NCBI GenBank assembly: GCA_015520705.1
Contig: WAPO01000166.1
Coordinates: 726 to 64,725 of the forward strand
Direction of reading: 5' to 3'
DNA from: Thermococcus sp.
GTDB lineage: Archaea > Methanobacteriota_B > Thermococci > Thermococcales > Thermococcaceae
Length of the DNA: 64,000 nucleotides
A model generated the notes under the pieces. It ran no database searches, was not told the DNA's origin, and saw nothing but the letters and a program-made list of their open reading frames with translations. The translations under genes were made by a program, and so were the position numbers. Shown here one piece after another: positions 38,875-49,563 of the stretch (position 1 is the first letter of the stretch; each line of letters opens with the position of its first letter).

Positions 38875-40602
38875 GTGCCGATTGAAGAGATGCTGGGCGC
38901 GCTTTTCACCCTCGCCGGTGCCGTCGTGAGTGATAAAAGCAAGGTTCAGAAGTCACTCAAGATCCTTCAAGGAATATCTCTCTATTATGTTGTTATTGCC
39001 ACCGCAATAGCATTCGTTTTTTGGCTATTCTCGAGAATTATCGGAGGCCCACTATCCGACTGGTGGACAATTGTGGTGGGGGCAATCCTGTTAATTTTCG
39101 CGATTTGGTTTTGGTCAAAACTCAGTATCAAGGTCAGAGAAATGCGGAAAGCTGACAACAAGCAAAAAATCGATGAGAATATGGTGAAGAAAATTCGGGA
39201 TTATGTGAATAAGATTTCGGGGATGGGAGGAACAGAGAAACAGGAGATGAAGGATGAAGTTTTTGCCGATTTACTAAATCTCCTACACGGTATGCGGCGC
39301 CAAATATCAAAACTTCTGTTATTGTTTACACACAAGTTTTTCAAATGGTTGGTAATATCGATCCCAGTATATCTCGCGTTGTGGGGTCTACTGAAACTAT
39401 GGTGGCCGGAAGCATTCAAGTACATATACCCAACATCAAGAAACATAATTGCTGCATTTGGAGTTTATGTCATCGCTACAACAATATCATCATCACTGGT
39501 TATAGACCTCGATAGGGCGAAACGGACAATCGACAATATGGATGGTAATAGGGCGGAACAGGTAGATGATAATACAGACACTAAGGTTTCGAAGACCGGA
39601 ATGGTTGTGGGAATGCTCTTATTCTTCTTTCTTTGCCCCTACTTTCTCCTAAATTTCCTCGAAAAAGAACTCGGGAGTATGAACTTCAACGAGGCAGATT
39701 TCGTCTTCAAATACAAGAATGAAAAGGGCAATGGCGCCCTACCTTCTGACTTTCAGGGGTTCATAGACAACATTTTCGTGAGGGTTAAAGATGAAGAACT
39801 TGAAATACGGTCCATCTGTTGTCTGACGAAAACAATAACCGAACCCGAGGAGCTCATCCGGAACATAGATAAAATGTTTGATTTTCCAGTTCCGACTTCG
39901 ATTGATGAAGTTGGGAATATGTATGTCATCATTGATTACAAAAACGGTGCGATCTCGATCGTAACCTTCACCCTCGAGAAGACTGTTTTAGATCGGCACG
40001 ATGATCTCAAGTATAGGTATGTTGTTAAGGTTCACGAGACATACAATGGGGATAGCATTATCGGCAGAGCCCTGAAAGGGGTCTCGAATAGACTCTGGAA
40101 TGAAGAACACAAGAACAAAAAGTCTACGAGAAAAGAGCAAATAAACGAAAACCACAAGACCCACCGTAAACACAGGAAGATAGCTGAGCAGATCCGAGAA
40201 GAAGCCCCGACGATTGTTATCGTTGTACCAACCCACAAAGGGGCAACAGCAGAATGCCGGATATTGAATCTACCTTCAAGAAAGAATGTCACTGGTGTCT
40301 TTCCCACAGATTGGGAGAAAGAACAAATTTGTAGAGCTGTTATGAGAGTTGTGAAGGGGGCTATCGCTCCAAAAACAGAGTTCATTGCAAAGATTCAGTT
40401 ATACAGGGACGATAACAAGATCTCAAGTGGGAAGGTTATGTTCTACGGAAAAGTGCACAAAAAAGTCCACCGCTTTGTGTCTAACTTGCAGAGATGTGTG
40501 GTAAAAGCCCTGAACGACAATGTAGTCGTCCGGGTGCCAATATTGAAAGTTCTTGAGGAGACTGACATCTATATCATTATCGAGACTACAAAAGCAAAAT
40601 AG
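38875..40602 (+). CDS. Unknown 575-aa protein with about 5 N-terminal TM helices and a large soluble C-terminal half
   Basis: Long ORF with GGTGGAG RBS before GTG; hydrophobic segments within the first 260 aa; no family recognised. Confidence 0.65.
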   Translation: MPIEEMLGALFTLAGAVVSDKSKVQKSLKILQGISLYYVVIATAIAFVFWLFSRIIGGPLSDWWTIVVGAILLIFAIWFWSKLSIKVREMRKADNKQKIDENMVKKIRDYVNKISGMGGTEKQEMKDEVFADLLNLLHGMRRQISKLLLLFTHKFFKWLVISIPVYLALWGLLKLWWPEAFKYIYPTSRNIIAAFGVYVIATTISSSLVIDLDRAKRTIDNMDGNRAEQVDDNTDTKVSKTGMVVGMLLFFFLCPYFLLNFLEKELGSMNFNEADFVFKYKNEKGNGALPSDFQGFIDNIFVRVKDEELEIRSICCLTKTITEPEELIRNIDKMFDFPVPTSIDEVGNMYVIIDYKNGAISIVTFTLEKTVLDRHDDLKYRYVVKVHETYNGDSIIGRALKGVSNRLWNEEHKNKKSTRKEQINENHKTHRKHRKIAEQIREEAPTIVIVVPTHKGATAECRILNLPSRKNVTGVFPTDWEKEQICRAVMRVVKGAIAPKTEFIAKIQLYRDDNKISSGKVMFYGKVHKKVHRFVSNLQRCVVKALNDNVVVRVPILKVLEETDIYIIIETTKAK

Positions 40603-40676
40603 TAAGAATGCTGTCTTGGACGACGGGACTCAATCCTTAAAAACTCCGGGAGGGCATATATGAGGTGGTGACAATT

Positions 40677-40823
40677 ATGCCAGATGGACTATATTTCATC
40701 TCAAATATTCTCGAATATGTCAAACCGCAATATAGGGAAAAGTCGAAAACGGAACAGCTCTTAAGTCCGAGTTTCTCAAAATCAAGAGAAAGCCAGAGGA
40801 AGTTACTAAACAGGTGTTTTTGA
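40677..40823 (+). other. Probable true N-terminus of the Type IIG gene, in a different frame (-1 frameshift at 40735-40741)
   Basis: GAGGTGG RBS, then ATG 40677 MPDGLYFISNILEYVKPQYRE. The main-ORF frame is open from 40736 (KVENGTALKSEFLKIKRKPEEVTKQVFL). Confidence 0.6.
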
Positions 40824-43800
40824 AGTTTCTCAGAGAGGAGTTTGGCCTCGAAGAGAGCCGGGAGGAAGGGGAGGGTTTCACGACCGAGGTCGAGGTTGTA
40901 TTCAAAGAGAGGGTGGCAAAACCGCGCAGGTATCCAGATGTTCTTGTGTGGTTCAATAAAAAAGCACATCTCGATAAGCCCTGGGTTGATTTTGACGGGG
41001 TTCTAATCGAAATTGAGCCATACGGTGCGAAACTCGATGCCAAGGGTGCTGGCATCAATCAGGTAAAGGAATGGTTATCATACACCCCTATTGGAAGCAT
41101 ATTCGTTGGTATTGCTACGAATCTGCGGGAGTGGTGGGTTGTTTATTTTGATAACACGACAAGGGACTTCATTGAACACAAGTTTACGACCGAATCGTTC
41201 GTTAACTGGCTTACTCACATCCTCGGACAGGGTGGAAAGAGCTTCAGCAGGGAGTTCCGCGAGAAGCAGGCGGAGGTTATAACCGACCGCTTCTACGACC
41301 ATTACTATGCAATTCTCTTCGGTGGGGAGTTCAGAAACAGGGAAGGCAAAAAGGTGAGCATCCGGAAAGAGGACTCGCTCGTTGAGAACATCTACCTGAA
41401 AGACCTGCCCGAGCGGGCTGTTTCGGAAGAGGATAAGATAGAGTATGCAAGACTATTCCTCACAAGAATGATGTTCATAAAAATCCTTATGGACAGGGGC
41501 ATTATCCGCGACGATCTCTTCAAGGTTCTCAGGTCGAAGGGAAAAGAGGAACTGCTATTCCATATCGAACAGCTTTTCTTCAGGGTTTTCAATACTCCTC
41601 CCCAAAGGCGGAGGGGTCTTCTGCCCGAATTCAAAGACCTCCCATACTTAAACGGTGGCCTCTTCGCATATCAAAACATAGGGGATAGAGGGATTTCTGA
41701 GATCCACTTCGGAATTCCGCCCGAACAGGTAGAGATGGTCATGGAATTCCTGGAGCAGTATAGTTTCACGAGGGAAGAGGCCGATGTGGCGGGGGCGATT
41801 AGTCCCGAGATTTTGGGCTATGTCTTCGAGAAGACTATCTCAAACAGGAAGGAGACAGGCGCATATTACACCCCCAGGAAGATAACCCGCTACATTGCCG
41901 AGGAGACCATAAAGGGCTACCTTCTCGACATCATAAATAAGAAACTTCGGGAGAAGGGCTGGGAAACACTCGACTCCGTTGAAGAGTTCCTAGAAGGTGG
42001 CTATGATCCAAAACTCGCGAAGACCGTACTGGAAGAGCTGGAGAACATAAGAGTACTCGACCCCGCAGTTGGTAGCGGCGCCTTTCTTCTATCCGCGGGG
42101 GAGGTTATCCTCGACCTCTACAGAAAGCTCCACAAGAAGGCAAACGGCAATGAGCCCGACACCTACGAGGTAAAGAAACACATTGTCCAGCATAACTTAT
42201 TCGGTGTCGATATAAACCGCTCAGCCGTCGAAATAGCAAAACTGAGGCTCTGGTTGTGGATTATGGAGGATGTGAACCGGCCGGAGGATGTAAAGCCACT
42301 TCCCAATATAGACTATAACCTACTCGCCGGAAACAGCCTCATAGGTTATCTGGACGACATCCCAAATCAGACCACCCAGCTTACAATCCTCAAGGCTAAG
42401 ATCGGTGATAAACTCCAGCAGTTGAGTGTTGCCTATCCCGAAGTCTACAGAATACTTGAAGAGAGACTCATCGCCAAGGCGACGGCTACCCTCAAAGAAT
42501 TGATCGAGCTCAGAAAGATGCTCATAGAGGAGTATTACTCCGAGCGGGACCCCATCGCGCAGTCGTTGCTGAAGCCAATAATCGACGACATCTCAAAGGC
42601 CATCCGGGAACAGTTTGATAGCAACTACTTTGGCTACCTTAAGCGCAAACTCAAAGGTAAGCTGAAACCAGTGGAACTGAAAGCACAGCATTCCCTCCAC
42701 TGGGCACTGGAGTTCCCAGAGGTGTTCCTGAACGGGAAAGGTGGCTTCGATATTGTCATCGGTAATCCGCCGTATGTGCGCCAAGAAGAACTGAAAGAGC
42801 AGAAGAAGTTCTTCCAGGTGGAGTATAAGGAAATCTACAATTCGACAAACGACCTGAGTGTTTACTTCGTCGAGAGATCACTCAAACTGGTTCACGAAGG
42901 TGGCTACCACTCGTTCATCATCACAAACAAATGGACGAGGACGGGCTACGGCAAAAAGCTTAGGAACTGGCTTAGAGACAATTTCAGGATACTCCAGATA
43001 ATCAATTTCGACGATATGGAGGTCTTCAAGGAAGTCGGTAAACGGTATGCAACCACATATGTCCTGATTTACATTATAAAGAGGGAGAAGCCTACCCAAG
43101 GCAACGAGTTCGTCTTTGTGCCGGTGAACACTATAGCGAAGTCCATAGACGAAATAAGTGACCTCTGGAGCATCGTTTCAGCATATGGGTATAAGATACC
43201 TCAAGAGAGTCTCGATGAGAAAGCTTGGAGTTTTGGAAATCGGATCGAGGAAGAAATCAAGAGATGGATTGAAAAAGTTGGAACATCGCTAACGAGTTTA
43301 GATGTGACTATCTACTTCGGAATCAAAACTGGGGACAACAATGCCTTCGTGATGGACGACAAAACGAGGAAAAATCTCATAGAGAAGAACCCCGAAAGCG
43401 CAGACTTCTTCAAACCCGTTCTCCGGGGAAGGGACATTGGAAGGTACCACTACCGCTGGAAGAAGACTTGGTTACTCAGGATACCCGCAGGATTCACAAA
43501 GAAACTTGCCAATAAACCCGCCCTCAAGGAGGAAGAAGCCGCCAAAATCTTCAGGAGTCGCTATCCCGCAATCTACGATTATCTGAAAGAAATCGGCGAA
43601 GAAGAGATTAAGAAGCAGGAGGGGCAAAAGAAGAAAAAGAGGGGACTGTTCAATAGGGACGATCAGGGAGATTTCTGGTGGGAACTCAGACCTTGCGAGT
43701 ACTACGAAGAATTCGATAAACCAAAAATAGTATGGCTAACTCTACCAGCGAACGAACCAAAATTTGTGTGGGATGTCAACGGAATGTATATCCTGAACTT

Positions 43801-44386
43801 ATCATATATGGCCGTCGGGTCAGATGTAAATAAAGCGCTCCTTTTGATATGGAACTCAAAACTCTCGTGGTTTGCAATGGGACTATACTCCGTTTCAATG
43901 ACAGGAAATACAATAAAATACGAGAGGGCGCTCTTACAGAGACTTCCTGTAGTGCTACCCGATGATTCTGATAAGTGGGTTTACGAGACAATCGCCGACT
44001 ACCTACTCTTCCTCAGCTCCGACGACGAGCCCAAGGAGAAACACCGGAAGGAACTACAGTTCCTCGACGAGCTCGGAAACCTCTTAGTGCTGGAGCTATA
44101 CTTCAGGGAGAAGTTCCAGAACGACGGAGTTTACCAGGGGCTTCCTCTCCTAAGGGATATTGTCAAGAAATACCTCCAGACCATCGATTACGACGAGTAT
44201 GCAAAGCTTCACTACTCTATCGAGCCTCTTGATGTTCAGCAAAGCGCTCGCCTCTCACAGCTCAGAGACCAGAATCTCAAAACTATCCGCTCCGTGGTGG
44301 CAAAGCTCCTCCAGGATCAGGACACCCTGAACCTGGTGGGCAAAATGAAGGCGCACAAATGGAGCAAGACGGTTCTTTCAATTTAA
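40814..44386 (+). CDS. Type IIG (Eco57I-like) fused restriction endonuclease / N6-adenine methyltransferase
   Basis: PD...EIE nuclease motif, GAYYTP, LDPAVGSGAF (motif I), FDIVIGNPPY (motif IV), TaqI-C-like TRD with FDKPKIVW. Confidence 0.9.
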   Translation: MFLKFLREEFGLEESREEGEGFTTEVEVVFKERVAKPRRYPDVLVWFNKKAHLDKPWVDFDGVLIEIEPYGAKLDAKGAGINQVKEWLSYTPIGSIFVGIATNLREWWVVYFDNTTRDFIEHKFTTESFVNWLTHILGQGGKSFSREFREKQAEVITDRFYDHYYAILFGGEFRNREGKKVSIRKEDSLVENIYLKDLPERAVSEEDKIEYARLFLTRMMFIKILMDRGIIRDDLFKVLRSKGKEELLFHIEQLFFRVFNTPPQRRRGLLPEFKDLPYLNGGLFAYQNIGDRGISEIHFGIPPEQVEMVMEFLEQYSFTREEADVAGAISPEILGYVFEKTISNRKETGAYYTPRKITRYIAEETIKGYLLDIINKKLREKGWETLDSVEEFLEGGYDPKLAKTVLEELENIRVLDPAVGSGAFLLSAGEVILDLYRKLHKKANGNEPDTYEVKKHIVQHNLFGVDINRSAVEIAKLRLWLWIMEDVNRPEDVKPLPNIDYNLLAGNSLIGYLDDIPNQTTQLTILKAKIGDKLQQLSVAYPEVYRILEERLIAKATATLKELIELRKMLIEEYYSERDPIAQSLLKPIIDDISKAIREQFDSNYFGYLKRKLKGKLKPVELKAQHSLHWALEFPEVFLNGKGGFDIVIGNPPYVRQEELKEQKKFFQVEYKEIYNSTNDLSVYFVERSLKLVHEGGYHSFIITNKWTRTGYGKKLRNWLRDNFRILQIINFDDMEVFKEVGKRYATTYVLIYIIKREKPTQGNEFVFVPVNTIAKSIDEISDLWSIVSAYGYKIPQESLDEKAWSFGNRIEEEIKRWIEKVGTSLTSLDVTIYFGIKTGDNNAFVMDDKTRKNLIEKNPESADFFKPVLRGRDIGRYHYRWKKTWLLRIPAGFTKKLANKPALKEEEAAKIFRSRYPAIYDYLKEIGEEEIKKQEGQKKKKRGLFNRDDQGDFWWELRPCEYYEEFDKPKIVWLTLPANEPKFVWDVNGMYILNLSYMAVGSDVNKALLLIWNSKLSWFAMGLYSVSMTGNTIKYERALLQRLPVVLPDDSDKWVYETIADYLLFLSSDDEPKEKHRKELQFLDELGNLLVLELYFREKFQNDGVYQGLPLLRDIVKKYLQTIDYDEYAKLHYSIEPLDVQQSARLSQLRDQNLKTIRSVVAKLLQDQDTLNLVGKMKAHKWSKTVLSI

Positions 44387-44441
44387 CTCCTGCTTACCCC
44401 GTTATTTTTTCGGAAGAAGGGGAAAGAGAGGACCTCTTGCT

Positions 44442-44879
44442 CTACGGCGCCTGATTTTCTTTCCAAAGGATATACTTTCTTGTAACTTCCTCGAGATACT
44501 TCCTGATGTACATTGTTTCGGCAAGATGCCTCTTGGCAAGTTCCCCCTCATCGGTTGCCCACACATAGAGCCACTTCTGATCTATGAAGTGAATCATAAG
44601 CCCCCTGAAAATTCTAAACCAATCGTCCTGTCCGACCCGCTCCAAATCCTCCCTGAACTCGTCCTGCTCTAGGACGAAGTCCACGAAGACTTTATTGGCA
44701 ATCTCCCTCAGCTCCCGAAGACTCTTCTCCTTCAGGTGTTCAAGATATGGATCTATGGTGGCATCCTTGAAAAGCTTCTCAATGAGTATCGCAAGCCTAT
44801 ATTCCGGAAACTTTTGGTACACCGGATCGCTTCTATACATAAACCCCTCAACAATACTTTTGATCTCCTCAATCTCCAT
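44442..44879 (-). CDS. Hypothetical 145-aa helical protein
   Basis: ATG 44879 behind GGAG/GGT; own TATA-like TTTAAA/TTATAA upstream; no motif recognised. Confidence 0.6.
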   Translation of the reverse strand: MEIEEIKSIVEGFMYRSDPVYQKFPEYRLAILIEKLFKDATIDPYLEHLKEKSLRELREIANKVFVDFVLEQDEFREDLERVGQDDWFRIFRGLMIHFIDQKWLYVWATDEGELAKRHLAETMYIRKYLEEVTRKYILWKENQAP

Positions 44880-45133
44880 TATACCATCTCCACAATTTGG
44901 TTGCAATATAAGACATTCATTATAATACGTTACAAAAGTTTAAAAAGTTTTACAGATAGCAGCAGAAACTAATGCCTATTGCTTCATATACAGGACAAAA
45001 TGGTCGTTTTGTAGTGGGACAAACCCCTCACAGAGTTGCTCCACAACAGTCGTTTCTTTTCCAGAACTTCTTATGAGACAACATCCTAAGAATCTCAGCG
45101 CAGTTATCTCTCTTGTGAGGTTTAGTAAATTAG

Positions 45134-45198
45134 TGGCTCGGCCAGTATGCCCTTCATCATGGTATGCCCTATTCAGCCACTCCGGAGCTCGTCATCGC
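45134..45198 (-). ncRNA. Box C/D guide sRNA
   Basis: C AUGACGA, 12 nt GCUCCGGAGUGG, D' CUGA, spacer, C' AUGAUGA, 12 nt AGGGCAUACUGG, D CCGA. The D guide is complementary to the archaeal 16S stretch CAGUAUGCCC (recalled from memory). Confidence 0.8.
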
Positions 45199-45249
45199 TG
45201 GGAGTTTTATTCGTTGGGAAATTGATAAAGGTGCCGCAAGTTCTAGGGC

Positions 45250-45276
45250 AGAAGTTAACTACCGTAGTTAACTTCT
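45250..45276. repeat. Perfect 27-bp palindrome (13-bp arms, 1-nt centre)
   Basis: AGAAGTTAACTAC-C-GTAGTTAACTTCT, 50 bp upstream of the HsdR-N gene. Confidence 0.85.
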
Positions 45277-45325
45277 CAAAACATTTTTATGTGTTTATGA
45301 TCATAAGAGAACAGGTGGGAGTAGT

Positions 45326-46309
45326 ATGGGACAGTTAATTGAAACAATAGAACGAGTTAAAACTAAAGCTAGAAAACATCGAAATTATTATATGAAAAAT
45401 GAAGAGGCTGTAAAACAGCAACTTGTTCTTGAAATCTTAGAGGAACTGGGGTGGAATATTAAAAATCCGGAGGAAGTCAGACCAGAAGATAAAACCGGGA
45501 TGGGGAGAGCTGACTATGCTCTCGTTATTGATAGAAAAGTCGTTTCATATGTAGAGGTCAAAAAGCTCTCCATTGATGTGCTAAAAGACACAGAACCCCT
45601 GAAGCAACTAGGAAAGTACTGTTATGATCAGGGAGTGAATTATGGAGTACTAACTAATGGTGTTCAATGGAGAGTCATGAAATCATTTGAGTCTGGGAAA
45701 ACATTAGAAGAGCGCATTCTCTTTTCAATAGATTTGGAAAAAGACTCTGTGCATAAAAGCACATTTCTTCTTTCTCTTCTGACCAAAGACAGGATACAAA
45801 AACTAGAGGAAATGTCTAGAATATTTAAGCAGTTGGAAGACTCATTTATAGCTCTCAAAAACTCTGGATTTTCAGAGGAGCAAATATTTAAGATGTTATC
45901 AGGACGAGAAGAACTACCAGAACCTTCTGGAAATCCACCAGACAGTTCAGTGAGAATTTCAGAATTAAAAAACGTGTCTAATACAAAACCTGTAAAGGCA
46001 TTTGTAAGACTTGGCAGTGAGTGGAAAGAACTAACTTTGCTCAAACGCACATGGAGAGAGCTTCTGAGGCAGTATGCGGGCTTTGTGTTAAACAATAAGG
46101 GACAGTTGCCAATAATTCAAGGATACATAGTAACTAAAAAATCTGAACTTAAACAGTGGGATAGGGGAAGTGGAGAGAAGTCCTTTATCCAAGTTGGAAG
46201 TTACTATCTCTACATATGGCTGAGCGCTACAGATATCCTTAGGATCCTCAGGAGAATTCAGGATAGCACCAAGATAGAGCTGGCAATAGTGTTAGAGAAA
46301 AAGAAGTAA
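45326..46309 (+). CDS. Stand-alone type I restriction enzyme HsdR N-terminal (PD-(D/E)xK) nuclease domain protein
   Basis: NEEAVKQQLV..ILEELGW, RADYAL, VEVKK, GVLTNGVQWRV; no helicase motifs. Confidence 0.85.
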   Translation: MGQLIETIERVKTKARKHRNYYMKNEEAVKQQLVLEILEELGWNIKNPEEVRPEDKTGMGRADYALVIDRKVVSYVEVKKLSIDVLKDTEPLKQLGKYCYDQGVNYGVLTNGVQWRVMKSFESGKTLEERILFSIDLEKDSVHKSTFLLSLLTKDRIQKLEEMSRIFKQLEDSFIALKNSGFSEEQIFKMLSGREELPEPSGNPPDSSVRISELKNVSNTKPVKAFVRLGSEWKELTLLKRTWRELLRQYAGFVLNNKGQLPIIQGYIVTKKSELKQWDRGSGEKSFIQVGSYYLYIWLSATDILRILRRIQDSTKIELAIVLEKKK

Positions 46310-46313
46310 AACC

Positions 46314-48622
<2,309 letters not shown>

Positions 48623-48667
48623 AATGGACACCTCCGTTCATATGTCCATATCTGAACATCTACAAAG

Positions 48668-48676
48668 GTTTAGAAC
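48668..48676. promoter_or_regulatory. SurR-type GTTn3AAC box between the TATA box and start of sudBA
   Basis: GTTtagAAC at 48668-48676; TTTATAAA at 48685-48692. Confidence 0.5.
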
Positions 48677-48790
48677 ATTTGGTGTTTATAAAACTATTGA
48701 TAACAAAAGGTGTTCCTCCTCCAAAAATCTTCGAATTAACAGAAACCTTACCTGAGATATCTCAAAATCTTCAGATAATTTGAAGGGCTA

Positions 48791-49552
48791 CTATAGTTTT
48801 CTGATAAAGGTTATGTAGCCCGTATGTGCCAGCATCCTGGTTTTTGGCCTCAAACAGTCCCTTTTGATTTCCTGTTCTCTAACAAGAACTTCAACTGTCT
48901 TCGGCCTCATGAAGTGCTCCCTGAACTCGCGCAGCTTTTCATAGAGCCTCGAAACCTGATTTATGCATGGCGTGTATGCCACAAAATAGCCTCCCGGCCT
49001 TAGGGCTTTCACAGCGTGCTCGACAACATTTTCCGGCTGGGGCAGGTCGAGAATCACATGGCTAACATTTTCCTCGTCTATCCCTTCATAGATGTTTTTC
49101 AGCTTTATTTCCACCCTGTCATCAAATCCTGCCCACTTAATGTTTTCCCAAGCAAGTTCTGCAAAGTCCTCTCTGATTTCATATCCCACTATTCTCCCCC
49201 TAGGCCCGATGATATTGGCGAGAAAGATTGTAAGAGCCCCGCTTCCCACACCAGCTTCAATTATGAAATCTCCCTGTGAGATGCCCGCATATGAGACTAT
49301 TATTCCCGCATCCTTAGGATGCACAATCTGAGGGCCTCTCTTCATCTTATCTATCATGTCCCTGATGTTGGGTTTTATAATTTTGAATTTCTCTCCTTTG
49401 TGGGTTAGAATAACATCCCCAAAGTCTTTTTCAAGCAGCTCCCCCAGCTTCAGGACTCCCAAATCTGTGTGGAACTCCCTATCCCTTGCTGTTATCAGGT
49501 ATCTCTTACCCCTTGGGTCAATAAGAAGAACCCTGTCTCCCTCATTTATCAC
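48791..49552 (-). CDS. trmI: tRNA (adenine-N1)-methyltransferase
   Basis: RGPQIVHPKD, EAGVGSGALT, LDLPQP, HTGY. Confidence 0.93.
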   Translation of the reverse strand: MINEGDRVLLIDPRGKRYLITARDREFHTDLGVLKLGELLEKDFGDVILTHKGEKFKIIKPNIRDMIDKMKRGPQIVHPKDAGIIVSYAGISQGDFIIEAGVGSGALTIFLANIIGPRGRIVGYEIREDFAELAWENIKWAGFDDRVEIKLKNIYEGIDEENVSHVILDLPQPENVVEHAVKALRPGGYFVAYTPCINQVSRLYEKLREFREHFMRPKTVEVLVREQEIKRDCLRPKTRMLAHTGYITFIRKL

Positions 49553-49563
49553 TTATCTCACCT

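Larger units (their letters stand above)
38520..46310. other. Defence islet (restriction-modification-rich accessory region)
   Basis: Non-host codon style; Type IIG RM, HsdR-N nuclease and orphan genes inserted between housekeeping genes. Confidence 0.65.

Noticed and set aside
40637-40969. 110-aa minus-strand ORF
   Set aside because: Antisense to the RM gene's frameshifted N-terminus, which explains the region better.
44960-45120. Short frames, including an FCPVYEAIGIS DUF2892-like word
   Set aside because: No start, no preceding TM helices; probably chance.
45250-45276. Xer/dif site interpretation of the palindrome
   Set aside because: The 13-1-13 geometry and sequence differ from the 11-6-11 dif layout.
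38875-46309. Assignment of the islet as BREX, DISARM or a complete type I RM system
   Set aside because: No PglZ, BrxC ATPase, helicase, HsdM or HsdS genes in the interval.
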